From Candidatus Multivoraceae bacterium (GTDB lineage: Bacteria; Acidobacteriota; Thermoanaerobaculia; Multivoradales; Multivoraceae): DNA of 64,000 bases. The stretch is taken from the NCBI GenBank assembly GCA_965219625.1, contig OZ244782.1, forward strand, positions 1,764,964-1,828,963, in the 5' to 3' direction. How positions within the stretch are numbered: position 1 is the first letter of the stretch; each line of letters starts with the position of its first letter. Shown in pieces: positions 9,662 to 19,009 of the stretch. The position numbers were made by a program, and so were the translations under genes. The notes under the pieces are model-generated. The model ran no database searches. It was not told the origin of the DNA and saw nothing but the letters and a program-made list of their open reading frames with translations.

Positions 9662-10651
9662 TCAGGCAGACAGGCCGCAACGACACCCAATCGCACGGGC
9701 CAGACGCTCGAAATCGCGATGGCACTCCTTGACGGCGTAGATGTGGCCTCCGAGAGCGCCGTCCGCCGCGCGGAGATGGAACATCGGTTTGCGAGCGTCG
9801 TGGGCCATGGCCACCAGGCTGCGATAGTGCTTCAGGGTGGCCAAACACTCCGGATCCTCGTCGCTTGACAGTGCAGGATCCGCGCCCCGGTCGCTCACGG
9901 CCTCGCCGTAGGCGCCCGGAATCCTGTCGGCCCATTTCTGGTAGGCCTGTACCGGGCGGTTCGCGTAGACGGCATGCTGCATGACGACATAGCCGAGGGG
10001 CCGCATTGCGCCCGCCGGCAGGTTCAGGTCCAACGCCGTCGGCGCCCGCCCCAGACGATCCTGCCAGTCTCTTCGCCATTCCTCGAGAACGGGCCCGACA
10101 TTTCGAAGCGCCTGGATGGAAAACAGATCCGGCGCCAACGGGAGCACGACATGGTCGGCCGCGATGAGCACGGCACGGTTGATCGCTCCCAGATTCGGCC
10201 CGACGTCGATCAGTACGAGGTCTGCCTCTTCTGCGCAAGCGGCGCGCCGAAGGAGACGGTGGAACGCCGACTCGATTCGAAACGCGGATTCGTCGCCCGC
10301 CATGCAGTCGGGCCATGCCGACGAGAGCTTCTTCTCGAAATTGGAGAGTCCCAGATCACCGACCAGCAAAGCCAGCCTGTCAACGATTCTCTGCGGCTCG
10401 GGATCCCGAATGTCGCCAAGGCCTTTCAGGATCGGCTCGACGGAACCGAGGACGCTCCGGTGGGTTTCCCCGTCCGGCCAGAGTTCCTCCAGCTTGGCCT
10501 CATCCAGAAAGTACGCGCTCAGATTCGCCTGCGGGTCGAGGTCGGCGGCCAACACCGAGTGGCCAAGCTCCGAGTACATCCAGGCAAGGTGATAAACGAG
10601 AGTGGTCTTGCCGACGCCGCCCTTGTTGTTGAAGAACGCAATCGTCTTCAC
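9662..10651 (-). CDS. ParA/Soj-like ATPase, no ParB partner
   Basis: Deviant Walker A NNKGGVGKTT, DLDPQANLS, IDVGPNLG; GTG start overlaps upstream stop. Confidence 0.88.
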   Translation of the reverse strand: MKTIAFFNNKGGVGKTTLVYHLAWMYSELGHSVLAADLDPQANLSAYFLDEAKLEELWPDGETHRSVLGSVEPILKGLGDIRDPEPQRIVDRLALLVGDLGLSNFEKKLSSAWPDCMAGDESAFRIESAFHRLLRRAACAEEADLVLIDVGPNLGAINRAVLIAADHVVLPLAPDLFSIQALRNVGPVLEEWRRDWQDRLGRAPTALDLNLPAGAMRPLGYVVMQHAVYANRPVQAYQKWADRIPGAYGEAVSDRGADPALSSDEDPECLATLKHYRSLVAMAHDARKPMFHLRAADGALGGHIYAVKECHRDFERLARAIGCRCGLSA

Positions 10652-11832
10652 GCTCTACCTCTCATTGTGACGAGGACGTGATGGGGCTGGAACTCGAACT
10701 CGGCTTCCGGGTTTCCGTTGCGACGGAGCGCCTCCTGGGCGCGGAGGACGCCGCGGCCGAACTGATTCACGTAGCCGAGGGTTGCAAGAGCTTCGGAAAT
10801 CACTGGATTGCGGTAGTCGGTCTGCCGAGGGAAGTTCTCAGGCGACGCTGCGCCGTACAGGCCGCCCACGCTCTGGATCTCGATGCGGTCCTCGTACCAG
10901 GAGAACCGGACCGGGGCGTTCGACTCGTAGTCGCGATGCATGATCGCGTTCAGCAGGAGCTCACGTAGAGCGACGACCGGATAATCGGTCGATGCTCGCT
11001 CTCGTAGGGCCGATTCCGGAACCGGCCGGGACTGTCTCGACCACGAGAGGAACGACTGGAGTTCGCGCAGGACCGAGAGCAGGTCGCCGCTCCATCGCTT
11101 CTCGTTGACCGGGTCGGACGCCATGGTCGTCCCCGACCACCGGACGAACTGGACCCAGGCCCCCGGCGCCCAGCGGAGCGGGTTCCTTCCGAACAGCAGG
11201 ATGGCGGCGTTCGTCGGACAGTCGGCGTCCAGGTCGTAGAACCTCAGAGAGGCCAACTGTTCCCGCACGGGCCGGTCGTTCTCCTCGAGAACCGCTCGGT
11301 CTACAGCGGCGGGCAGATAGGAAACGAGGAACAGGTCCCGCACCAGGTCTTCGAGCTTGGCGCCGTGACACGGCCTCGCATCGAATGCCCGTGCGGCGAC
11401 GGTTCGCCTCTCGATCAACAGCCTCTCTTCCTGCCGATTCGCTCGCCGCTGGGATGGACCGGTACGGATCCAGACGGTCCCCTTGTAGCGAACCGGGGGC
11501 AGGTCCGACGGCATGACCTGAACGACGGCCACGTCGCCCTCCGGCAAGGTGTGCTTCTGCACCGTGATCACCGGAAGGGGCTCGATGTTCACGTTCGAGC
11601 GCAGTTCAGCGAGCCTTCGCAGCAGTGGGTCGTCGACGGTGAGGCCGCTCAGCCGTTTCTCGTCGTCCACGCCAATCAGGAGGTAACCCGGTTGACGGTG
11701 GTTCGGAAGGTCGTTCGCGAAGGCGCAAATCGCTCGGGCGAACTTGTCCGTGTCGCTCGTAGTGCCGGTGAGTTCGACCCTGTCGGACTCATGGTCGGCG
11801 ATCAGCTCGCGGAGTTCTTCGGGAGTCAGCAT
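10648..11832 (-). CDS. Schlafen AlbA_2 domain plus HATPase_c_4-type ATP-binding protein
   Basis: ESDRVE...ICAFAND, GYLLIGVDD; YPVVALRELLLNAIMHRDY, YRNPVISEAL, GYVNQFGRGV. Confidence 0.8.
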   Translation of the reverse strand: MLTPEELRELIADHESDRVELTGTTSDTDKFARAICAFANDLPNHRQPGYLLIGVDDEKRLSGLTVDDPLLRRLAELRSNVNIEPLPVITVQKHTLPEGDVAVVQVMPSDLPPVRYKGTVWIRTGPSQRRANRQEERLLIERRTVAARAFDARPCHGAKLEDLVRDLFLVSYLPAAVDRAVLEENDRPVREQLASLRFYDLDADCPTNAAILLFGRNPLRWAPGAWVQFVRWSGTTMASDPVNEKRWSGDLLSVLRELQSFLSWSRQSRPVPESALRERASTDYPVVALRELLLNAIMHRDYESNAPVRFSWYEDRIEIQSVGGLYGAASPENFPRQTDYRNPVISEALATLGYVNQFGRGVLRAQEALRRNGNPEAEFEFQPHHVLVTMRGRA

Positions 11833-12023
11833 GGCCGCTGCCGAAGAGCGTACTCCACGCGGTCGGGCCCCTCGCTTCGCCAAGGGCCCGGGTGGGGCCC
11901 TGACCCTCGCCCAAGCGTCACGTAGCGCGATAGCCTGACCATCGGGCGCCCCGCTGGCCGAACTGCTCAGTCGAAGAGAACGGACACCAAGACTGTGACG
12001 AGGAGTTAACGGTCACGGCTCCA

Positions 12024-12332
12024 ATGCCGGAAGACGACCCTCCACCGCCACCGCCGGAAGAGCCGCCGCCACCGCCACCACCGGAGCCGCCGCGGACCAC
12101 CTGCCTTACGTGCCACCCGAACCCCCACGACGATAAGGAGAAGAGGCGGTGCTCGGATGAGCTGATGGCTCTGAACGCCGCGTCCGACTTTGAAGATCGC
12201 GAGTGCAAACTGGCATGGAGGGGGACGATCTTCGTTTCCCAAAAGTGCATGGACGCGCAAGATGCCTACGATCTAGCTCTCAAGGAGCTACGCGAGTGCC
12301 GAGGATCAACGATCGGTCCCGGCATCCGCTAG
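12024..12332 (+). CDS. Hypothetical Pro- and Cys-rich protein, possibly a 5'-truncated remnant
   Basis: PPPPPPEEPPPPPPPEPP, CLTCH and further Cys; frame is open from 11934 without a start codon. Confidence 0.45.
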   Translation: MPEDDPPPPPPEEPPPPPPPEPPRTTCLTCHPNPHDDKEKRRCSDELMALNAASDFEDRECKLAWRGTIFVSQKCMDAQDAYDLALKELRECRGSTIGPGIR

Positions 12333-12395
12333 GCTCGCGCTCGTGATGCCACGGAACTCGAACACAGGAAGAACCACGATGAGGAAAGACCTACG

Positions 12396-12866
12396 ATGAA
12401 ATCAGCACTTCTTGCCGTCCTTCTGTCAGGCGCGATCTTCGTCCCAGCGGATCTTCGCTCCGAAGAGCCTGAAGACGCCTTCGACCAGCGCATGAGAGAA
12501 ATGACCCAGGGCATGCTCGAAGCTGGGGACAAATTGACGCGGGCGGGCGACAAGCTCAGGGCTACAGAGGACCCCGACCGTTACTTTGAGGTGCTAGACG
12601 AATACAATGTCGTATTGGCTGAGTTCCGAGACACTTACGACAGCCTGATGCCTTCCAAACTTGACATGTGGGAAGCGCGCCAGCGACTCATCGAACTCAT
12701 CTACGACAGCGCCGACGAGACGGTCCTCTCGCTCTACCTGATCGCTATGGAGCGCAAGAGCCAGGACGAACGGACAGGAGAAGAGCTTGCAGCTCTTCGC
12801 GCTCAGATCGAGCGAAACCGGCAGAAGCGCGAGTCGCGCGGGGTTCCCCTGGTCCCTGAACACTGA
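12396..12866 (+). CDS. Hypothetical secreted helical protein
   Basis: Signal peptide MKSALLAVLLSGAIFVPA, charged helical mature part, GAGG upstream. Confidence 0.7.
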   Translation: MKSALLAVLLSGAIFVPADLRSEEPEDAFDQRMREMTQGMLEAGDKLTRAGDKLRATEDPDRYFEVLDEYNVVLAEFRDTYDSLMPSKLDMWEARQRLIELIYDSADETVLSLYLIAMERKSQDERTGEELAALRAQIERNRQKRESRGVPLVPEH

Positions 12867-13246
12867 ATCGCGGCTCGCTCGGAGCCGGCCGGCCCCCTTG
12901 ACCGAAGTTCGAGGGTCGCGTCATTCACGCTCTTCAGAGCGCGATCGCGCCAAGTACGCTGATCCCGGCGTCTTCGTCTCCGACAAGCGATGAAGTACGG
13001 CAAGGGTGCCTTTGCGCCGCCTGCGTTCTCCGCGCTGCGATGGACCGCTGGCCGCCCTCGGCGTGGCACGGCTGTGGTATTCGCTACCGCACGGCTTGAT
13101 TTCGCCACGGCTACCAAGCAACTCCCTACCAGCCGCGGACTCCGTCTCGCCGGCGATGTACGTCATCTCCAGGTTCGTCCAGTGGACTTCCGGGAACTTG
13201 ACGTCGAAGGCGTTCTTCGAGGCATCGGCGCCGGCGCACGACGAAT

Positions 13247-15010
13247 CTACTTCTCGTGGACGGTCTTACCCCCGTAGAGCGTCAACTCGACGGTCGTGTC
13301 GCTGATGTTCTCGACCGGCGACTCGAACAGGTTCCGGTCGAGGACGATCAGGTCGGCGGACTTCCCGGCTGTAATCGTGCCGGCGCGCGACTCGACGCCG
13401 AGCAGGCGGGCGCCGGCGAGCGTGTAGAGCTCGACCGCTTCTTCCAGGGTCACCGCCTGCTCAGGCGCCAGCTTGCCCGGATAACCGCCCCACGGGTCGG
13501 CGCGGGTGACCAGGGCCTCCATGCCGGGCCAGGGGTTCATGTCCGGGATGACGGCCGGCCAGTCCGAGCCGACGATGACGTGGGCGCCGGCGTCGAGCAG
13601 TTCCCGCACCGGCCAGGACCGGTCGGCGCGGTCGCCGACGGCGGCGCGGATGGAGTCGGAGATCAACGACGGATACCAGATGGCCGGCGACATGTCGGCG
13701 ACCGCGCCGAGTTGGGCGAAACGCGGCACGTCTTCGATCGCAACGAAGCCGGCATGAGCGAGCTGATGCATCCGCCCGGAGTCGCCGTTTCGCTCGCGAG
13801 CGAACTCGATGGCGTCGAGCCCGACGCGGACCGCCCGGTCGCCGGCGGTGTGGACGTTCACCGTGACGCCGAGCGCATCGAGTTCCTGCAGCCAGGCGTT
13901 CAGCGCCTCCGGCGGCGCCAGCAGTTCGCCGTTGTGGGTCGTGCCGGCCGGTTCCTCCGGCTCGTAGTCGTCGAGCATCGCCGCCGTCCGCGCGACGGAC
14001 GGCACGCCGTCAAGGAAGATCTTCACGTGGTCGGTGTCCAGGTTCGGGGCCCGGTTCTCCTCGCGCAGGCGCTCCAGGGCGTCGACGTCGAGGTCGAGAG
14101 TCCCTTCGACCAGCGGAATCGCAATCGACGCCGCCATGTGCACGGTGAGCGCCCCCTCGTCGGCCAGGGCCTTGTACGCGGTGACGCCGGTTCCCTCGTC
14201 GCCCGCCTCCTTGATGCCAACGATCCCGAAGCGGTTCGCGGTCCGAATCGACTCGCGAGCGGCGCGCAGCACCTGTTCCGCCGTCTTCCGGGGAATCGCC
14301 TGGAAGACCGGGTACATCGCCGCTTCCAGGAGCAGGCCGTTCGGCTCGCCGGTCGCCTCGTCCAGCACGACCTCGCCGCCCTCGACCACGGCGCCGACAT
14401 CGATGCCCGCAAGTTCGAGCGCCTTGCTGTTCACCCAGCGGTTGTGGCCGGTGTCGTCCGCCAAGCTGATCGCCACCTCGCCAGAGACTCGGTCCAGCCA
14501 CTCCCGCGGCGAGCCGATGTCGTGTTCGACGAAGAAGTTGCTCGTCCAGCGCCCGCCCTCGATCCAGGCCGCTCCGGGATCGGCGGTCACGCAGGCCGAC
14601 AGGGTCTCTTCGATCTCGGCCGGTCCGGCGGTAGGCGGGAACAGGCACTGGAGCAGCACCTCCGTGCCGCCGAGCACCGGATGAACGTGGGCGTCGTAGA
14701 TGCCCGGCATCGCCATCCGGCCGCCGAGGTCGCGAACTTCGGTGTTCGGGCCACGCCGTTCGAGAGCCTCCGCGGTCGAGCCGACGAAGGTGAACGCGCC
14801 GTCGACGATCGCAACCGCTTCCGCCCAGGGTTGGGCGGCATCGAGGGTGTAGATGCGCCCGTTCGTGAGGATCAGGTCCGCGCCGCCGCTGCCCGCAGGC
14901 GAGCAGGCGAGGGCCGGGGCGAGAGCAGCGAGAAGGAGGAGCGGTCGCCAGCCCAGGGGCCTGCGCCGTTCGCCGCTCGAGCTAGAACCTGTAGCCGACC
15001 GAAACGCCAT
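13247..15010 (-). CDS. Amidohydrolase 3 (YtcJ-like) lipoprotein
   Basis: Lipobox ALAC, ADLILTNGRIYT, PGIYDAHVH, KIFLDG, HTAGD, GSDWP; start uncertain (ATG overlaps receptor end by 29 nt). Confidence 0.88.
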   Translation of the reverse strand: MAFRSATGSSSSGERRRPLGWRPLLLLAALAPALACSPAGSGGADLILTNGRIYTLDAAQPWAEAVAIVDGAFTFVGSTAEALERRGPNTEVRDLGGRMAMPGIYDAHVHPVLGGTEVLLQCLFPPTAGPAEIEETLSACVTADPGAAWIEGGRWTSNFFVEHDIGSPREWLDRVSGEVAISLADDTGHNRWVNSKALELAGIDVGAVVEGGEVVLDEATGEPNGLLLEAAMYPVFQAIPRKTAEQVLRAARESIRTANRFGIVGIKEAGDEGTGVTAYKALADEGALTVHMAASIAIPLVEGTLDLDVDALERLREENRAPNLDTDHVKIFLDGVPSVARTAAMLDDYEPEEPAGTTHNGELLAPPEALNAWLQELDALGVTVNVHTAGDRAVRVGLDAIEFARERNGDSGRMHQLAHAGFVAIEDVPRFAQLGAVADMSPAIWYPSLISDSIRAAVGDRADRSWPVRELLDAGAHVIVGSDWPAVIPDMNPWPGMEALVTRADPWGGYPGKLAPEQAVTLEEAVELYTLAGARLLGVESRAGTITAGKSADLIVLDRNLFESPVENISDTTVELTLYGGKTVHEK

Positions 15011-17345
15011 AGGTCGCCGGCATGCCGTTCAGCCGGATCGTCGTGCTGTTGCTGGAAGACGTGGAGTGCCAGTACTCCTCGTCCGTCACGTTGCGGCCCC
15101 AGAGCTCCACGTCCCAGCGACCGAGGACGTCGCCGAAGCCGATCCTCGCGTTCACGATCGTGTAGTCCGGGATGTAGAACAGGCTGAGAGCGGTGGGCGC
15201 GGCGCCGCTGCCCTCGTTGTCGTCCTTGTAGCTCACGTCGGCGGCCAGGTTCATGAAGTGGCCGCCGCCGACGGACCAGGTGTAGCTCAGCGTGCTCGCG
15301 ATCTGCCACTCGGGCGCGTTGTCGAGACGGTTGCCCGAGGCGTCGAAGGTCAGCACGTTGCCGAAGGTGCTCGGCGCCGGGCAGCCCGCGGGCAGCGAGT
15401 CGGGAGGCGGCGGGAAGAACAGCCCCGCCGGACAGTTGCCCGTGAACTCGAGGATCTCGCTGTCGAGGTAGGCCACGCCCAGGTCCCAGCGCAGGCCCGT
15501 GGCGAGGTACCAGGCGGACTCGACCTCGATGCCGAAGACCTCGGACTCCGGCACGTTGTTGATGCCGACGACATCGCCGACGGGCGAGATGAAATTGAAC
15601 AGCTCCTGCTTGTCGGTGTAGTCGTACATGAAGGCGGCGGCGTTGAGCTGAAGCGCGCCTCCCAGCAGGGTCGACTTGAGGCCCAGTTCGTAGGAGACGA
15701 GTTCTTCCTTGTCGTAGGCCTGCAACTGCGAGTGGGTCAAGGCGCCGGCGCCGTTGAAGCCGCCGGACTTGAAGCCGGTCGAGATCGTTCCGTAGAGCAG
15801 CACGTCCGCGTTCGGACTGTAGTTCAGGGAGACCTTGCCCATCAGATCGTCCGTGCTGATCGAGTCCTCGAACACCGCGAAGTCTCCGTAGCCCGCGGTG
15901 CCCGCGAGGTCGTTGAACACGCCGCAGTCGCCCGGCGCCAGCGGAGCGGGGCTGAAGCCGAGCGGGTTGAAGAAGAACGGCGTGACGAAGAAGTTGTAGA
16001 AGCCGGCGATCAGGCCGTTGCCCGTGTCGTAGGTGCAGCCACGGAAGCTCCGCTCCTCCTCGGTCAAGCGCGCGCCCAGCGTGAGCTGGAACCGGTCGGA
16101 GAGCGGCGTCTCGAGGTGTCCGAACGCGGCCAGCGAGTCGCTCTCCTGGACGTAGCGGTTGTCGAAGTGGAGCCCCTGGAAGGCGGTGAAGTCCATCTCG
16201 TAGCTCTCGGTGATCTTGTCCTCGGAGTAGAAGACGCCCGCGGTCCAGTAGACGCCCCCGTCCGTGGTCGACTCGAACCGCAGCTCCTGGGAGAAGACGT
16301 CGATTTCCGAGTCGTTCGTAATGTCGGCGTCCGACTCGGGTACCGCGGACGTGTCGTAGAGGGCATCCCGCTCGAACCTGTCGAAGGCGGTGATGGTGGT
16401 GATGCCGACGTTGCCCGCGTTGGCCTGGAGGGTCGCCGAAACGCCCTGGATCGCCGCGTCGTTGGTCGGCCGGTGGTGGGGCGTCCAGTCCGCGTCCTCG
16501 TTGCCGTAGTTCTGAGCCACCGGCACGCCGAAGATGCTGGTCGGCGTGCCCGCGATGTTGTCCGATCTGTTCTGGTAGCTGTGGACGTTGAGCCGCAGCA
16601 CGGCGCTCTCGCTCAGGTCGAAGTCGAAGAGAGCGCGGGCGCCCAGTCCGTCGCGCTCGCCGAGCTCGTCGCCGGGCCGGGTGATGCTCTTCTGCCAGCC
16701 TTCGCCGGACTGCGTCGACCTGACCGCGACCCGGACGCGGGCCCGATCGCTCAGGGCGCCGCCGGCGAACGCCTCGAGGTCGACGGTCTCGTAGGCGCCG
16801 TAACCCAGCTTGACGCCCGCTTCGGTAGCGGCCGTTGGCTGGTTCGTGATCATGTTGATCTGACCCGCGGTCGTGTTCCGGCCGTAGAGGTCGCCTTGGG
16901 GGCCCTTCAACACTTCCACCCGGTCGATGTCGAACAGAGCGCCGCGGCTCATCACCGGATAAGGAATCGAAACGCCATCGTTGTAAATGCCGACCGTGCT
17001 CGACGAGGAGGTCGAGAAGTCGTTGAAGCCGACGCCGCGGATCGTGTAGACGGGCGCGCCCGAAGGTTGTGAATTCGTGACGGTCAGGCCCGGCACCAGC
17101 TTCTCGAGTTCCTCCGCGTTGTCGACCCCGTAATTCTCGAGCTGCTCGGACGAGAAGGCGTTCACCGTGATGCCGACGTCGTTGATGTCCTGTTCGCGCT
17201 TCTGAGCGGTAACGACGAGCTCCTCGATCACCGTACCGACCGGGGAAGCCGTTGCGGAGTCGTCGTCTTCGGTCGCCGTGTCCTGGGCGTGAAGGCCCGC
17301 GGCGGCAAGAGGCAGGAGCAGGGCCGTGTAGAGGATGCGTCTCAT
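14982..17345 (-). CDS. TonB-dependent receptor
   Basis: Signal peptide, TonB box IEELVVTAQKRE, plug motif RVEVLKGPQGDLYGRN, C-terminal YGVSVGYRF. Confidence 0.95.
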   Translation of the reverse strand: MRRILYTALLLPLAAAGLHAQDTATEDDDSATASPVGTVIEELVVTAQKREQDINDVGITVNAFSSEQLENYGVDNAEELEKLVPGLTVTNSQPSGAPVYTIRGVGFNDFSTSSSSTVGIYNDGVSIPYPVMSRGALFDIDRVEVLKGPQGDLYGRNTTAGQINMITNQPTAATEAGVKLGYGAYETVDLEAFAGGALSDRARVRVAVRSTQSGEGWQKSITRPGDELGERDGLGARALFDFDLSESAVLRLNVHSYQNRSDNIAGTPTSIFGVPVAQNYGNEDADWTPHHRPTNDAAIQGVSATLQANAGNVGITTITAFDRFERDALYDTSAVPESDADITNDSEIDVFSQELRFESTTDGGVYWTAGVFYSEDKITESYEMDFTAFQGLHFDNRYVQESDSLAAFGHLETPLSDRFQLTLGARLTEEERSFRGCTYDTGNGLIAGFYNFFVTPFFFNPLGFSPAPLAPGDCGVFNDLAGTAGYGDFAVFEDSISTDDLMGKVSLNYSPNADVLLYGTISTGFKSGGFNGAGALTHSQLQAYDKEELVSYELGLKSTLLGGALQLNAAAFMYDYTDKQELFNFISPVGDVVGINNVPESEVFGIEVESAWYLATGLRWDLGVAYLDSEILEFTGNCPAGLFFPPPPDSLPAGCPAPSTFGNVLTFDASGNRLDNAPEWQIASTLSYTWSVGGGHFMNLAADVSYKDDNEGSGAAPTALSLFYIPDYTIVNARIGFGDVLGRWDVELWGRNVTDEEYWHSTSSSNSTTIRLNGMPATYGVSVGYRF

Positions 17346-17624
17346 CGTCTCTCTCCAGTGTTGGTTCATCAAGGCTGTCGGGCCGCCAGCGCCGACCCTG
17401 GTTCCTCGCGCTGCCGCCGCCGCCGCGGGCGCTCAGGAGGCCGCCCGGACCGGCCGCGGACAACTGCAAGGCTGCCGCGGCGCTCGTCCAAGGCAACCGG
17501 GTCGCCGCGCTTCGCATCGCGGACATCACGCCGCACTCGCTTGCCGCCGAGCGCGGCGTCTCCGCGCACCCAACGGATGCGGTAAGCTCTCCCGGATCCG
17601 AGCTTCTTCTGCAGGAGGGTGGCG

Positions 17625-18920
17625 ATGACGAGTCTCCGTCTGGTCGGTTTTGCTTGCTGCTTGGCCTTTGCCGCGGCGGCTCACAGCGCTGCTGAAGCGG
17701 AAGGGCCAACATTCTATGAGGAGGTCCTGCCCATCCTGCAGGAGAACTGCCAGGAGTGCCACCGGCCTTCGGGCAGCAAGATCTATCGTGGCGGCGTGCC
17801 GATGTCGCTCACGACGTATGAGGAGACCCGGCCCTGGGCGCGCTCGATCGTCCGGATGACTGCCTCGAAGGAAATGCCGCCGTGGGATGCGTCGGAGCAC
17901 TTCGACGGCGTCTTCCGCAACGAGCGCGGCCTGACGGACGGCGAAATCGCGACGATCGGACGGTGGGTCGAGGCCGGCGCCCCCTCCGGGCGGCCCGAAG
18001 ACGGTCCGGCGCCTATCGAGTGGCCGGACGACGACGGCTGGGTCTTCTCCGATCCCGACCTGGTGCTCGAGATGCCCGAGCCCTACTTCGTCGAGGATGA
18101 CGTGAAGGACATCTACACGAAGCACCGCCTGGTGCTGACGCCGGACATCCTGCCCGAGGACAAGTGGGTGCAGGAGATCGAGTTCCGCCGCGGCAGCGAG
18201 CTCGTTCACCACTTCAACATCTTCGTCAAGGGGCCGAACGACGAGGAGACCCGCGGCGACGGCAACTACCTCGGCGGCGCCACCTCCGGTTCTCCGCCGC
18301 ACGTCTGGCCGGAGGGCTACGGCTCGCTGCTCGAGGTCGGCGCGACGCTGACCTTCGATCTCCACTACCACAAGGAACCAGGCCCTGGCAGCGGCGGGTG
18401 GGACCAGTCGTCCATCGCGCTCAAGTTCGCAACGAAGCCGGTCAAGCACCCCATCCACTTCTTCCCGATCAGCAACTTCGAGTTCGAGATCCCGGCCCGC
18501 CACGACTACTGGCACGACACGGCCGAACGCACGTTCGACCGCGATGTGACGATCCTCGGCATGCTCCCGCACATGCACATGCGCGGCCGCGAAGCAAAGT
18601 ACACGGCGTTCTATCCGGACGGCACGGAGGAGCTCATCCTTCACGTGCCGGACTGGGACTTCGACTGGCAGGAGATCTACTGGTACTCGAAGCCGAAGGT
18701 GCTTCCCGCCGGCAGCACCCTTCGGATCGACATGTGGTTCGACAACTCGCCGGAAGAAGCCGAGCGTTGGGGCTTCAATCCCGACCGCGAGGTCGTGTTC
18801 GGGCCGCAATCGACGGACGAGATGCTGATGGGCTTCATTTCCTGCGTCTACAACGACGAGGAGCCGCCCCAGGCGCGTGGGCCCGGAGTCGTCGCCGAAA
18901 CGACCGGCGGCGCCGAGTAA
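17625..18920 (+). CDS. Exported cytochrome c plus copper type II monooxygenase-like (PHM/DBH fold) protein
   Basis: Signal peptide, CQECH and MPPW, then VHH, LHY, PHMH, DEM. Confidence 0.75.
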   Translation: MTSLRLVGFACCLAFAAAAHSAAEAEGPTFYEEVLPILQENCQECHRPSGSKIYRGGVPMSLTTYEETRPWARSIVRMTASKEMPPWDASEHFDGVFRNERGLTDGEIATIGRWVEAGAPSGRPEDGPAPIEWPDDDGWVFSDPDLVLEMPEPYFVEDDVKDIYTKHRLVLTPDILPEDKWVQEIEFRRGSELVHHFNIFVKGPNDEETRGDGNYLGGATSGSPPHVWPEGYGSLLEVGATLTFDLHYHKEPGPGSGGWDQSSIALKFATKPVKHPIHFFPISNFEFEIPARHDYWHDTAERTFDRDVTILGMLPHMHMRGREAKYTAFYPDGTEELILHVPDWDFDWQEIYWYSKPKVLPAGSTLRIDMWFDNSPEEAERWGFNPDREVVFGPQSTDEMLMGFISCVYNDEEPPQARGPGVVAETTGGAE

Positions 18921-19009
18921 CCGTCCGATGCGGGTTGCCTGCCGGTGAGCGGCGACACGATCCCTCTCGTTGAGGGCCGGAAGCCAGCACCCTGGCGCAT
19001 GCACCAGCG

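Noticed and set aside
17346-17624. Cobalamin or other riboswitch upstream of the TonB receptor
   Set aside because: Only generic GC-rich hairpins; no B12 box or other consensus recognised; an Rfam scan would settle it
14853-17712. Long overlapping ORFs of 739 and 946 aa, and similar shadows across the window
   Set aside because: Arg/Gly/Pro-rich alternative frames expected in high-GC DNA; no motifs
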